A stretch of DNA of 63,837 bases, counting the filler, from Rhabdomonas costata (taxonomy: Eukaryota): NCBI GenBank assembly GCA_019059605.1. It is 26 parts of 26 records of this genome, joined end to end, with 100 filler letters (N's around TTAATTAATTAA, not from the genome) between each part and the next. Parts side by side here need not be neighbours in the genome. Positions count along the whole stretch, not along the records: positions 36,903 to 39,260 come from JAHMHO010003826.1; positions 39,361 to 41,719 come from JAHMHO010003827.1; positions 41,820 to 44,177 come from JAHMHO010003828.1; positions 44,278 to 46,635 come from JAHMHO010003829.1; positions 46,736 to 49,093 come from JAHMHO010003830.1; positions 49,194 to 51,549 come from JAHMHO010003831.1; 20 more parts are not named here. One strand, given 5' to 3'. A model generated the notes under the pieces. The model was given only the letters and a program-made list of their open reading frames with translations. It did no database searches and was not told where the DNA came from. Positions 37,208 to 49,859 of the stretch are shown piece after piece. The position numbers and the translations under genes are program-made. Position 1 is the stretch's first letter; each line of letters begins with the position of its first letter.

Positions 37208-38298
37208 GCAAGCGTCGCCGAGGAGGTTGAGGGCGAGGAGGGCGAGGGTATCGCCCAACCCGGTCGTGATGCCGAAGACAGGCCTCAGAAGAGCAATGTC
37301 AAGGGGGACCGCAGTGGTAAGCCCAAGGAGGACGGCATCAAGTCCCGGGACAAAGATCGGCACCCCCACCTCCACCGCGACCACCCCAAGGAGCAGGAGC
37401 TGGAAGAGAGGGCGGTGCACAGGATGGAGAGGGAGTTGGAGAGGCAGCAGCGCCGCGGGGAGAGGCTGCTGGAGAAGGCGGAGAGGCTGGCCGCTCGGGC
37501 GGCACCCCCCACCACTCCATCTGTGGAGAAAGACGAGGCAGAAGTGCAGCAGCAGCAGCAGCACGAGGAGGGGGGCCTCGCTGAGCCCACCCCTGCACAG
37601 GCTGCGGAAGAAGGTTCTTCCTCCTTCCTGCTTTCGCCTTGTTTGTTTCTTCGCCTTCTTCGAGTCCTGGAGGTGGTTCGGTTGTTTTGTTCTGGCGCAG
37701 CTCGCTCGCTTTCCCACCTGCTTAACTGCAAGCTCTCTTTGACGAGCTTATCCTTTTAGTCAACCACTTTGGTATTTTTTCGGTGGTTCCTCTTTTTGTG
37801 GCAGGGTCGCTTTTCACAGACCATGTTGGGCCCGCCCCTGTCCGAAGCGCTTTTTCTGAGGAGAGGCCCCCTCCGTTTCCTCAGGTCGCCCTCTGTGCCT
37901 GTGTGCTGCTGGCTACTGTTTTGTTCCGCACGATTTCTCCCTCTCTCACCCCTTCTCTTTCAGCAGTACCATTCTCACTGTTTTGTGTGCTTATCTTTCA
38001 GAAATTTTTCGCCTGACCCACCTTCGTTTCAGAATACCTCCTTTCCCCCCACACCATCACGTTCCACACCTCAATCCAATACATTTCTCATTTACAGTAA
38101 GGGTTGCCGATCACGGAGGTGTCCTCCCACGCTTATGCAGCGGGAGTTCTACGCCCTACGGCGTCGTCCCCAGGTCCCCAGGTTCTGATACTGTCAGGTT
38201 GTAATGGTTGGTTCTACTCCACGAGGAGGGGAATCCAGTCCGACATTGTTGACCTCATCGACGCTACCAACCACCTGAAGTGCTACTGCAGCATTTGA
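37208..38298 (+). CDS. Unknown charged/coiled-coil protein, 3' end (exons 37208-37613, 37805-37884, 38182-38298)
   Basis: Three phase-consistent GT-AG exons ending VLILSGCNGWFYSTRRGIQSDIVDLIDATNHLKCYCSI*. Confidence 0.62.
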
Positions 38299-39360
38299 GA
38301 AAAAAATCACTGCTTTTGTTGCCTTTTAAATTATTACGTCCGATGCAACCAGAACCATTTTGGAATCACCACGCAAGAACCTGCACGTTCTTTGGGGGAT
38401 ATTGTCAGAGGACACAGAAAAAATACCACCCCACGACCCCAAAAAAAAAGCCCGCCACGACAACATAAAGGGAGGAGGGGGACAGACAGAGAGGGAGGGG
38501 CAGAGACTTGAGTGTAGCTTTTCGAGGTGCAAAGGGGGCTTAGCACTGACCTACGACCAAAAGGCAGCTACAGACGGTGCTATACGAATGCACAGCAGTG
38601 CAGTGCAGTGCACTGTGCTTGCTCAACGAAAAGATCAAATGAAAAAGGACGGGCTCGCTCGCTCACTCTCTCACTCTCTTCACGGGCATTTGCTGCGGTG
38701 AAAACCCGAAACAAAGAGTGTGAGTTCGCGTGCGCATGTGAGTTGGGGTGAGCATTAAGTGATAACTGCAACAACATCAATCCCGTGTCGGGTGCATATT
38801 TTTTTTAGGTAGCGAGGAGTTCGAGACCCCGAAAGCCCACAATACGCACAAAAACGAGAGTGAGAGTGAGAAAGGGAGGTCAGTCATAGTGTACACGAAG
38901 TCCAGTGAGCAGAGGAGTGGATTTCGAAAAATAAAAAGAGACTAAAAGGTGCGTGTGTTGTTCGGCATGCGTGCATGGGAGGGGAGGCCTGCTCTTTGGA
39001 TGTACAGACTGGAAAGCGGAGAGCAGAGAGAAGGATGAAAGTCCAGCAGCTGCGGCGTAGCCTTTTCGCAAAGCGATAGAAGGTAAGCCAAGACCGGTGA
39101 ATCGGATGGGAGGGAGGGATGCTGAAGCGGGTCCTGGAAACGCTCCCCTCATTATTTCCACCTTACGTCTTATGCCATCATAAGCTTAGGCAGCCGGTAC
39201 TTGCCACCCCAAAAGTCATATTTTAACATTGGCTGATTGAGCAACCCCCCCCCGACCCCANNNNNNNNNNNNNNNNNNNNNNNNNNNNNNNNNNNNNNNN
39301 NNNNTTAATTAATTAANNNNNNNNNNNNNNNNNNNNNNNNNNNNNNNNNNNNNNNNNNNN

Positions 39361-40500
39361 GTTTGTGCTTTTTCAGCTTCTTGCCACGCTCTGCTTCTTC
39401 TCGTCGGCTTGCTCTCCCGCACCGGGGTCCCACTGCGCTTTTCCAAGGCCTTGTCCTCAACTGGCGCTATTGACCGTGGCCTTGCTGCCTCAGCCAGCCG
39501 CCTGCTGATAACTCGCTTTTCTGCTGCTCTCGCGCAGTTTTACGAATTTCTTGAACACCACTTCAAAGCCTCAACTGATCCCTGCTCTTGAAACGAACTC
39601 CTCTGAGCTCCTTACCAACTTCTGCGACTAACCAAGCTTCCAAGCTACTACGAAATTCATGTCTGACTCACCAAGCTCTCTCTTTTATTTTCTACTACGA
39701 AACGTTCTTCCTACATATGCTGAGCCGTTGCGCTTTCTACTGCAAGGACGTTGGATGCACTTCTGCATCAAACGTCCGATTACTCAAAACTCAGCTCTTT
39801 TATTTAAATGAATCTTACGACAAGAAAGCTCAATATTATACAATCCTCTAGTTCTCTTTACATACAATTTCCACACCTTGCCAAGCAGCGCAACAGTCCA
39901 CATTCCCAACAACATTATCAACCTCTCATAGTCACCCTGAAACAACAAAACGTCAAAGAACGTAGCTCATTAGCGAACGTTCTTTTTGCTTCTACCCCTG
40001 AAATTTAAAAACAATATACAGCAACAAATACAGCTCAACTCAGCTCTTCTTTCAACTTTACGACATCTTCTTCTATCTAATACGAAGCTCTACGACGTTT
40101 CCTCTTGACAAACTGCCATCACCAGCCACATAAGAAAACAACGTAGTCCACTGAGGCCTCGGTCTCAGGCGATTATCATCTGTGAGGTATAAACTCTCTT
40201 TCAATTCCACACTTTGCACAGTCATTGCATTCAACAACTCATACCACGGTGCTTAAACCCAGTTAGGCGTCATCAGTAGCACAAGTTAACCTTCCATACG
40301 AATCTTTCCAACACCAGTGAATTCTCCACGGTGGGTTTGAATACAATCACACTTAAAGACTCCACACATATGCGAACGCTTTCCACCTAACGCTTCCTTG
40401 TCATCCTCTTCCATGGTGAAATAAATTGGAAGTTGATGATTCATTATTGACGCAAACAAGTGGCCATGAAGATGGTTGGTTACAGATTTGATGATGATAA
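39361..40500 (-). mobile_element. Decayed DIRS-type retrotransposon; adenine-methyltransferase-like domain at about 40142-40470
   Basis: Across frameshifts and stops: HLFASIMNHQLPIYFTMEEDDKEALG / KAFAYVWSL*V*LYSNPPWRI / KIRMEG*LVLLMTPNWV*APWYELLNAM. This matches the DIRS MT pattern DLFAS..N.QL..Y...DAF...W...NPPW...P.W...PW. The extent below 40140 is inferred from base composition only. Confidence 0.75.
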
Positions 40501-40503
40501 GAA

Positions 40504-41520
40504 ATTAGTGCCCCAGACTTTTGCAATTCTATAGTGTTGCATACGGATGCATCGGGGGTTGGCACTGGAGCAACATTGTAGAGATTACGGGAAGTTGTAT
40601 CAAGTAGCTTGCATGTCGGAGAAGTTGGCAGTTTAAGAAAATAACTACCCGGTGCACGAGAAGTCAATGTTGGCGTTGGCCGACACTTCGGAAGAGTGAA
40701 GACATTATTTTATTGTAACTGAGCTGAGAGTTCACACTGATAATTAAGCGCTGACCTACACGAAGATGAATCCTGGACATTCTCCGAGGCATTTAATGTG
40801 GTTGGAAACGTTACAGAGCTAAACTTTGAAGATCATGAATGTGCCAGGAAGGCTGAATGTAGCATAGGATGCGTTGTCGCGTTATGAATCAGAGGATTCA
40901 GAGTAATCACAAGGTGCAGTGGAGATTTGTCTCAGCCAGTGAATTTTTACTTTGATGGACATCTTTGTGCGCCTCTGAGTGTTAGAGCAGAAGATCGCGA
41001 GGATGATTGGTGGCCAGACTATTGCACGGATCCAGCGATTAGGAGGAAATATTTTAATGCGACTACAGAAGAGTTGTTAGACCCTACAAAGTGGCATCAT
41101 GGTAGGTTATGTGACCTTGAAAAGATTAATGCACATCTTATAAGAGAGCAGGAGGTGATTTCAAAGTATCACAACTCTCCAGAAGGTGGACATTGGTGAG
41201 TGTTAATTACTACGGCGGTGCTGAAGAGGACTTACATATTTCGCAACATGAAGATGAATATCAAAGAGTACGTGAGATCTGTGAAATTTGAGGTGCAAAG
41301 CAGATCATCATTTGCCCAGAGACCACACTCAGGTGTTGGGGGTTCCTGTGAGAAAATGGGAATCTGTATCAATAGATTTTGTAACATTGCCTGACACCGA
41401 GTTGTTGTTCCAATGGAGTCCAATTCCTACGAACGAGATTCTGAAGGTCACTGACAGGGCAAATAATATGGTAGTGTTTGTTCCATGTTACAACGAGATG
41501 TCAGCTAGTAACGACCGGAG
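40504..41520 (+). mobile_element. Decayed Ty3/gypsy LTR retrotransposon pol (RNase H, integrase Zn finger and start of core)
   Basis: APDF...VLHTDASGVGTGATL; ACMSEKL...NYPVHEKSMLAL...*RHYF; HTDN*AL...WLETLQ...VPGRLNVA*DALSR; YHNSPEGGH...IKEYVRS; VPVRKWESVSIDFVTLP...TDRANNMVVFVPC. RNase H precedes integrase, as in gypsy. Confidence 0.9.
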
Positions 41521-42078
41521 GGAGTGACGACATCAACCCTTTTAACCATGCTGTGGGGGCTGATGATTGCAACTCCATTGGCAATCAACTCAACGCTTGC
41601 CTATTCCGTGACACCAACAACTGAACATTTCGCAAATCTTGAGCAACTGCGTGGGAATCTTCCAATATCTCGAGTGAGGAAAAGACATATTTTGCGACTA
41701 AGGTCTGCCCCCAAAAAACNNNNNNNNNNNNNNNNNNNNNNNNNNNNNNNNNNNNNNNNNNNNTTAATTAATTAANNNNNNNNNNNNNNNNNNNNNNNNN
41801 NNNNNNNNNNNNNNNNNNNACCCAGAACGACGGCACTCTGTTGCCCGACCACGATGCCAGCGCTCTCCCCATCCGACTTCTGAACAGCGGTGCTGGGGGG
41901 GTTTTATCTTCTGCTCGCCTTTCTGGGTGGCAGTGTTCTTTTGGTGCTTGAAGGGTACCGTGCCTTTGCAGGCAGTGCCTTGTTTCGGTGGCGTGGAGTT
42001 CGGCTGCTGTGGTGAGACTTTTCGCTCAGGAGCAGTTGTCTCTCCATCGGAAGTGCGTCCGCCACAGGTTTTAACGGT

Positions 42079-42690
42079 TCAGCCCAGATCAAGACACTCC
42101 TGCACTTCTGCAAAGTGCTCCCAGCCCACTGTCGTTGCAACAATGGTGTCAGTCTCTGCTACTGCAGTGCCAGTGCTGGGGCGCTTCTTGCGCAGCTCGA
42201 CCTGGGCCCAACATGGCCTCTCGGAGCCTCGCCTCGGAATCGGCGAGTTTTGCATGTTGCGTTGATCGGTAGTGGTTTTTGGTGAAGCAAGTGAAAGAGG
42301 CGATCCTCCTCTCTGATGTGCAGGAAGCCGGTTTGCTGAAGCTGCAGAGGGACGACGGGGTTGCATCGGGGTCTTCTTCTTCTTCGTCCTCTTCCTCCTC
42401 GACTTCTTCTTCGATGCCGAGCTTCTGCGTGGACATCTTTCCACACCGCGGGCATCGAGGTAGGGCTGCCGCAAAACCGTCGCCCGGGCAGGCCGTGCCC
42501 GAGCTCGGGCTGGCAGTGCGGTGCGTGCGGTTTCATTTCCCACCGGCAGGCCATTGCGCTGACCATCCGCCACAGGACTCTGAAGAGGCCCCTTCGTCTC
42601 CGTCTCCGTCTCCGTTTCCGTCTCCGCCTCCGCCGCAGTGGCTGCTTTGCGCCGCAGAGTGTGGGGTGGTGGTTCTGGTGCAGCTGAATC
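42079..42690 (-). CDS. Possible low-complexity terminal exon
   Basis: GC-rich 225-codon ORF with (ET)n and basic tracts. Frame and strand are uncertain. Confidence 0.3.
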   Translation of the reverse strand, partial: DSAAPEPPPHTLRRKAATAAEAETETETETETKGPLQSPVADGQRNGLPVGNETARTALPARARARPARATVLRQPYLDARGVERCPRRSSASKKKSRRKRTKKKKTPMQPRRPSAASANRLPAHQRGGSPLSLASPKTTTDQRNMQNSPIPRRGSERPCWAQVELRKKRPSTGTAVAETDTIVATTVGWEHFAEVQECLDLG

Positions 42691-43398
42691 CAGATAGCAG
42701 GGGTGACTGTGGGGATTGACAGTGGCTATGTGGCTATGTGGAGAAGGCCACTGCACTTGGTTTCCGTCCGTGGTTCTGGGCGGTCGACCTCAAAAGGCGT
42801 GGGTTCCAGGCGATTCCATCTGTGGGAAGGCATGCACATGAACACAGTGTTCTCAAGTGAACTTTTTGCGAACCGTAGAAGTCCGTGATCGGGAAGGGGA
42901 AGCGGGAAGGGAGTGGACCGTCTCTCCGCCATAGGCGGGGTACAGCTCCTACAGCTCCGAAAGCTTGCTTCACCATCACCGTGTTTGTTTACGCCGCTGG
43001 AATTTTTGCATTGACGCAGGCATTGCATCCGTCTTGCTGAAGATTTTTTTGGGCCTTTCTCAGGAGTTTTTATTTCGCTTTTTGTGAGTAAGGGAGCTTG
43101 TTGTCGTAATCGATGGAACTCAGATCCAGCGAGAGACCACCAAGCTCGCCCTCGGATGCGTTGGGTGTGTTGCGCTGTGTGAGATTTTCAGTTGATCACG
43201 GTGAAGATCGGGAAACCAGAAATTCAGTTTGGCGCTCTCAAATGATATGTCCCCCCCCCCCATCGTCAGTTCTAGATTGCGTGTCCCTCTCTTAAAGTAT
43301 ACGTCTTCAATCTCTCACTTGAAATCATCATCGCATGCATACGCGCGAACGCTTGTGCTCCTGATTCCGAAGGGTTTGCCTCGAAAGAGAGGGTGCAG

Positions 43399-43932
43399 GC
43401 CCTTGTTCGCGGGATTTGGGAGTCCTGCGCCGTGTCGTCCGAGCTGAAGCCCGGGCACAGCGCGCTGTGTGCGCTGCTCGGAGGCAGCTCAGAGGAGGCC
43501 TTCCAGGCGGGGCGTGCGCTGCGATGGGCGGTGGACGAACTTTTGGACAGTGGTTCACCTCTCCCCCCTCATCCACGCAAACTTTTCATACTGGTTTTCG
43601 TTGACTCGCACAGCACATGGATACCCGAACGAAGGCTTGATGACCTCCTATTACGTAATAAACCTGAATGCTGATATTTTGCCGTTTGCGTGGAAGTGAC
43701 CCTCCCACCAGCCACAACCGCAGTCGCAGCGGGCCATTACCCGACACCGCCTCATTCATAGAGTACACCGGTGTGAGCCAAGAGACAAAACACCGTTCCA
43801 GGTGGCACTTTGCCCACTGTTCAGCCGCCGACGGGATCACCATGGCTATACTCAGCCCAGCCTTCGCCAGTGCCTTGTATGGATCTGGGGCTCTTTGGCC
43901 GTACTAGAGCCGCAGAACTTCATCATCCTCAG
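43399..43932 (+). CDS. Exons of an unknown protein (43399-43552, 43802-43932)
   Basis: CAG/GT-bounded, phase-1 compatible: ALVRGIWESCAVSSELKPGHSALCALLGG... Confidence 0.42.
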
Positions 43933-44645
43933 GTATTCCCTCAAGCTGGTGAGTATATCTTATGAAAGATGGGTGCTCGTTTTTTCCTCTGCCTTTTCTT
44001 TTCCGAATCGCGCCCATTATGGCGCAGGGAGCCTTCGTAGGGGCAATAGGGATGCTCTTTTTCACTTCTCCGCTTCCGCAGTTCCTTTCCTGTGTACCTC
44101 CCCTCCCCTCCACTCAAAAAAAACATGCATGATCAATCAATTAACAATAATGGCACATGAGAGCGCGCAGTGCGCACNNNNNNNNNNNNNNNNNNNNNNN
44201 NNNNNNNNNNNNNNNNNNNNNTTAATTAATTAANNNNNNNNNNNNNNNNNNNNNNNNNNNNNNNNNNNNNNNNNNNNGGTGGGTGGTGGACAGAGCGGGG
44301 CATGGGGAGGGGCACAGGAACTGTGCCTCGCCAGGGGAGAGAAACAGTGAGGCCTGGCAAGGGAGAGGAAGAGGGTCAGAGGGAGAGAATGGACACAGCT
44401 GCGTGTAATTTGGCAACTGATTGTTGTTGTGGTGTGGGCCTATTGCGCTTCGCATTGCTGGACAGGGCCCAATGTCATCCCTCATCTGGCCGCCAGGTAA
44501 ACAGAAAGCAACTTCGGGGTGCAGTGTGTGAATGAGGCAAACAATTTAGATAAACATGGGTGTAGTCGACAGCGTGCATTTTGTTTAACAAAGGTATTCT
44601 GAGGCGATGTCAAGTCTGGCTTGGTTCAAGTGTGCCCGCTCTCAC

Positions 44646-45510
44646 CTGCTTCACCCGGGCCTTAAAGTGGTCCAGCCGGACGGCTAGCACGGACAGCTCC
44701 GAGACCCTGATCCGGGCCGAGGGCTTGACACAATACTGCCGCGCGCAGCAGCTGCACCGGACGTGGCGGGGGACAAGCCTGTCGGGGCGAGCGCGCGTTC
44801 TCCGAGGGTGAAAAAACATATCACAACACACTGCGGAGATGCACATGCCCATTACCAAAACCTGGCCACACCGAACGGCACCTTCCGCCTGATAGGATGC
44901 ACGAAGCAACGGGAGGCAACCGATTTTTTGTGGGGCGACCTTAAGACCCTAACCCGCATCCACAGCCCCGATGTTCCGGTACTACTACTGCAATTTTTTT
45001 GGGGGGTCGTTAAACGTGTAGCTATGCGTTTTTGGCTTTAGCAGATTTTTGGAATGGGCCAAATCTATGACAAATGACTCAAGATTATTCAAGGCGCAAA
45101 GGTCAGTCCACGGCGCGGCCGGAGCGAGCATATGGGTTGGGACGCCCCCTCCCCCAATACAAGAAGCTCATCGACCGAATGAGCACTGATCTGCAGCAAT
45201 TTCTGGACCCGGAGCAGCTCCATCGAAACGTTCTGGGAAGAAGCACGCGGGGCTCCTAGACCAACGCGAGGGCAAGTGTGGACATACTCAAGCAGCTCCT
45301 TAGCCGCCGAGCTGAGCACCGAAAACAGCGCCCAGTGCGCCCCAACAGCCAGCACACAGCTTCCTGCGATCACCACCGCCAGGACGCTACCGTGCGGCCT
45401 CCACCACACCAGCGCCCCGGACGCCGCGAGGAGCCCACAGTGCAGCACCGCCCCCGCGGCCAGCAAGACCCACAGCGGCAGGCAGCGCCCCTCGCCATGC
45501 TTGCCCATCA
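44646..45510 (-). CDS. Two-TM membrane protein, possibly leading into a divergent nucleotide cyclase domain; partial
   Basis: Hydrophobic LWVLLAAGAVLHCGLLAASGALVWW...VLAVVIAGSCVLAVGAHWALF. A downstream exon VSELSVLAVRLDHFKARVKQ ends at a GTGAGA donor and resembles the first cyclase strand. Confidence 0.45.
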
Positions 45511-48047
45511 CAGGCCCTGCCCCGGGTTGTGTGCGTATATCTGAGAACACGAGTGGGTGCGTACGTGGGAGAGTCTAGGAGGCCGCTCTGCTTTCTTCTG
45601 CCCGGGCACCCCGCGGCGGAGGCACACAGCACAGCAGAAGTATGGGCAGAGAGGTCTCTCTGGGGAAGGGTGGTACCCTAACTCAGCGATACGGTCGCCT
45701 TGCCCCCCTGGGGAGAGGGATTGGGGGAGTCCTCCTCTCGGCCTCAAGAGTGAGATAAGGGCGGGGAGACAAACAGAGGCCAACCTCCCGTGAGGAAGAG
45801 GCTGGCCCTATCCACAGATATACAAACACGGTTTGAACAGGCACAGTGCACAAGGAAGAAGAATCAGACGTCAACGTATTCACGGAAAGACAGGGAAAGG
45901 TCCAAAATGGGATGCACGGGCTTGCGCACACACATTCTTTTCTTAAGCGGGAATCATGGGGAGGGGGAATACGAGATGAATCACTGTTTGTGAGCAAAAA
46001 GGGGTGAAGAAGGCCACGAAGAGGACATGACCACCGCTTTGCTTGACGCAGAACTGATCTGATATAAGGGCTAAAAAAAACCAGTGGGTCGAACATTGTC
46101 TGCATTTGGTTGACACGAAGACTTTGTGTGTCAGCTTCCAGCTTTAAGTACAAGCTTGCTATAAAGACGTAAGGAATATCGGTCAAGCACTCAGGGAGCC
46201 TGCAGATTCAAATAATTCACGTTAATAACGTCCCCCGTGCCACGCAGACCGTCAGCAGCGAAAATCAAACACAAAATGCCCTCTTTTCTCTCACATCGTT
46301 TTGTCAAGTAATTCAGCCCACCAATAGCTGATGTCCAGGAAGAGAAATCCGAGCATATACAGCCGCGAATCCGTGCGCCTTTGCTGCGTATAAAGCGCCG
46401 CTATGCACTGTCAATTACCCGATGTGTGGCACCGTTCTCACCCTCAAGTGAGCAGAAACACAATGAAAATAAACTTGAGGGAGGAGCTCATATTTAAGGC
46501 CTTCAGCATTGACAAACCTAAAATGCAGCGTAGGAAGGTGCCCAGCACCAATTATCGAAGAGAGCTTTCCTTCAATACTCTTGGTAGGCATACGTTACCC
46601 TCCACACAAACGCATTCTGTTGAATCACCAAAACANNNNNNNNNNNNNNNNNNNNNNNNNNNNNNNNNNNNNNNNNNNNTTAATTAATTAANNNNNNNNN
46701 NNNNNNNNNNNNNNNNNNNNNNNNNNNNNNNNNNNGGGGTTTTGTCCTGTTCTGCGTGGAGGACTCTTGACACTGGACATTTGTTTGTGCAACTCTCGGT
46801 CCTGGCACAGTGGGTCCGCCAGAGGGTGGGCTCTTACTATCGACTACGGACTCGAGAGCAACTCCTCTTGTTGATTGATTGTTGCGCGTCTGCGCTTTTG
46901 CGCGTGCAGAAAAATGGAGAGTTTTGGGTACGGAAGTTGGGGAGTTTTGGGGACGGAAGGGAAGGTGCAAGTAACACCCTCCCCCCCTTCTTTACGGATG
47001 GCTCGAGGATGCATTTGTGCAGTGTCTGCGAGTGAAGAGTTAGGGATAGAGGAGTTCGATGCGTATTCTGTCAAACGGAACGTGCTTTTGTGTGTCCCCA
47101 TGATGCCTTGGTCTGCGTGGGTCTCAGTCTTAAAGCCGAGTGTCTATCCTCTCATACTTTGGCCCGCGCTTTACTGCGCCCTTCACTCTCGTTTCTCTGG
47201 CCTTCATGCTTTAGTTCCCTCAGCTTCTCTCTCTCTGTCTCTCTCTCTCTCTCTTTACCGGTGAAGATCTACGTACCTGGCTTTGAATCAGCGGTTTTTC
47301 TTTCTCTCCTTCCTTGATCTTTCCTTAATGAAATCTTCATTTTTCCGTGGCTAGTAGTTTTTGCCCTCCCCCTCCCCCTCCCCGCCGCCGAGCCAATCTT
47401 GACCCTTGATTCCCAGATGCGTTAAGGTGACTGATGTGCTGCTTTGGAGGAGCCTAATGTCCCAGCATACGCGTCCTGTGGCTGGTTCTCGGTGTGCCTT
47501 GGTTCACTCGAAACATTTGTGACTTGCCTCTTTCCACCAGCGCCCTTTTTTGGTTTTTTGTGTGCGTCGCGTTGGTGTGGTACCGTTGTCTGGTGTTTTG
47601 TATGCGACTGCCTCGGTTGTCGGCCTGGCAAGGAGTCGATGCCCTGAGTCCTCCTCTTTATGCTGTAATTGCACTTCCCTTTTAAGGCGTTGGTTGCTTT
47701 TCTGCTCCATTTGCCCTGTGGGATAGGTTGCACGGAGCGTACCCTCGGACCGCCACGAAATAAGTGTCTGGAGTTGACTGAGCTGCCCAGATTCAAATGA
47801 TTCATGGTAAAAAAAAACGTAGAAGAGGTTAGGATTATTGTTGAGCTCAGGACTGCAAAATATCCTGGAACGTCGCTGTGCTGCATCGTTCCCCCCCCCC
47901 TCCCGCTGTCGTGCCTCCGAGCTGGCTATTTTTGAATGGGTCGGGGCTGGCACCTGTGCCCGCTTTCCGTTTTCGGCGGCTTCTGTTAGGTTGCATTTGG
48001 GTTTTTTATCCTTTCTTGTTTCCTTCTTCACAATTTTCACAATCCCT

Positions 48048-48168
48048 ATGGCGCTGGTCGAGTCCTTTGCCGCGGGGATTGGGCGCGAGCTCAGTGCGAA
48101 GGAGGCGGAACTTCTGGAGCGCTTGTCACCGCTGGGGGTGGCCAAGGTCAACGCTGACTTTGTCCAAG
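48048..48168 (+). CDS. First coding exon of an unknown gene
   Basis: ATG after a pyrimidine tract; GC-rich MALVESFAAGIGRELSAKEAELLERLSPLGVAKVNADFVQ; donor AAG|GTATT. Confidence 0.55.
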
Positions 48169-48708
48169 GTATTTTCTTGTGGTTGTGGGTAACCTGGAGT
48201 GCACACGGCAGTTTTCTTGGCAGGTCATGTCAGGGTTTTTCCCTGTGACTGTTTGTGTTTCGGCGTGTTGACAAAATTGATGATGAGCGTGTGTGCGTCT
48301 AATTACCGCAGCTCAATTGTGCGTTGTGCTTTCTGGGTCCTTCAATACTGTGGACATTATGGCACCTCGGAACCTCAAATCGAGACGTAATGACGCTCAT
48401 CATGGTCTTTTAATGTCCGAAAAAGCCTGAAAGTTTCTGAGAAAGTGACATGTCATGAGAGAAATTCATGTCACTATGTCGTCTTTTCACTGCGCTGTGA
48501 AGAAACGCATTCGCAACAAGCTTTTTAAATGCAACATTTCAAGAGAATTCCGGAGCTCTGGACATTGTTGCTGTCAGTTTACTTCTAAAGAATTCCACAG
48601 CAGACTTTTTCCCTTGGATATATCGCCTCCTTGAGAGTACATCTCAAAAACTCTCACTTTTAAGGTGGCGAGGACAATATTATCCGTGTCCATCGTGGTA
48701 TGGTGTTC

Positions 48709-49093
48709 GGCATTACTTTAGAATTGTTCCCACGGCCAGGAACCCTAACGGTATCCCCATTGTAACGTCAAAGAAGCCAATAAACACATGTCACTGAAAG
48801 TAGCCGTCTCGGATGTGCTCACATAGGGCAATAAAAGGGTCCAAGGAGCCGATGTTGCTCCTCCACTGGAACTCCTTCAAATACTTCGTGTTGGAACATC
48901 GCATCCCAGACTTACCCCTATGGGTATCACGCTACATTGAAGTTCCTCACGCGGGGCAGAGACTGCAGCCGACAATAATCTTGTACTTTTCCATCCATTT
49001 TCTTCGCTTCTTGTCATCTCCAACAATTTCCAAAAGATCATAAAGCGTAAGCATCTCAAAAAAGAACCTGAAGACAGAGGTGGGTACAATTCT
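48709..49093 (-). mobile_element. Internally deleted Merlin (IS1595/ISXO2-like) DNA transposon
   Basis: TIR GGCATTACTTTAGAATTGTTCCCAC at 48709-48733 and a truncated partner GTGGGTACAATTCT at 49080-49093 enclose a transposase remnant. Confidence 0.85.
48791..49054 (-). pseudogene. Merlin transposase remnant (N-terminal Zn ribbon joined in frame to C-terminal tail; DDE core deleted)
   Basis: MLTLYDLLEIVGDDKKRRKWMEKYKIIVGCSLCPA*GTSM*RDTHRGKSGMRCSNTK-YLKEFQWRSNIGSLDPFIALCEHIRDGYFQ*. YL.EF.WR...DPF..L..HI is the Merlin/IS1595 C-terminal signature. Confidence 0.82.
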
Positions 49094-49859
49094 NNNNNNN
49101 NNNNNNNNNNNNNNNNNNNNNNNNNNNNNNNNNNNNNTTAATTAATTAANNNNNNNNNNNNNNNNNNNNNNNNNNNNNNNNNNNNNNNNNNNNTGGGGGT
49201 TACACAACCAAAACGGGGATGCCATGAGTGTTGCAGGACGCTGCCTTGCGGCCTTCAGGGAAGCAGACACCCGTGCGAAATCGGAACTCAGTCACTTAGT
49301 CCGTTCCAAAAGTGTGTGATAAGGGATTTATAAGTTATTTGGTTTGGGTTTTCTTAAAACATCGGAATTCAGTGCTAAACTGTTACATTTCAATGTAACA
49401 CCTTTTTACGCCATTGTTAATTCTCATTGCGCAAAAGAAAAGATTCTGCTCTTCCATTGCCTTTTTCCCCCTGAAAAATGCAATGGAAGAACCACGAGAA
49501 ACAAACAGGATACTTTTCGATACTTTTTCTCGAACCGAGTTTGGATTGATTTGTAATCTCTTTCCTGTTTTTATCCATAGGTAATACTTAATTCTGAGCC
49601 CCAATTGATATCCCTGAACACTTGATTTCATTCAAACTGCTTTCCAATGGAGTAAATAGAAAATACTTATGAGTTTGTCAGAGTGCCCGAAACACATGGA
49701 GACGGTACGCCGATAAGGCATGGTAATAAGGGAATAACAAAAGGGGAAATTACAATCATCGGCATGATATGATACGACATGTTTCAACACTGCCTCACAA
49801 TGCACTAATGAATTAATAATAATCACAGCCAATCCATTATTAGCTTTGAATGTAATGTA

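Noticed and set aside
47139..47150. GAGTGTCTAT resembling part of a euglenid spliced-leader sequence
   Set aside because: Only about 10 nt match, and the flanking leader sequence and donor are absent.
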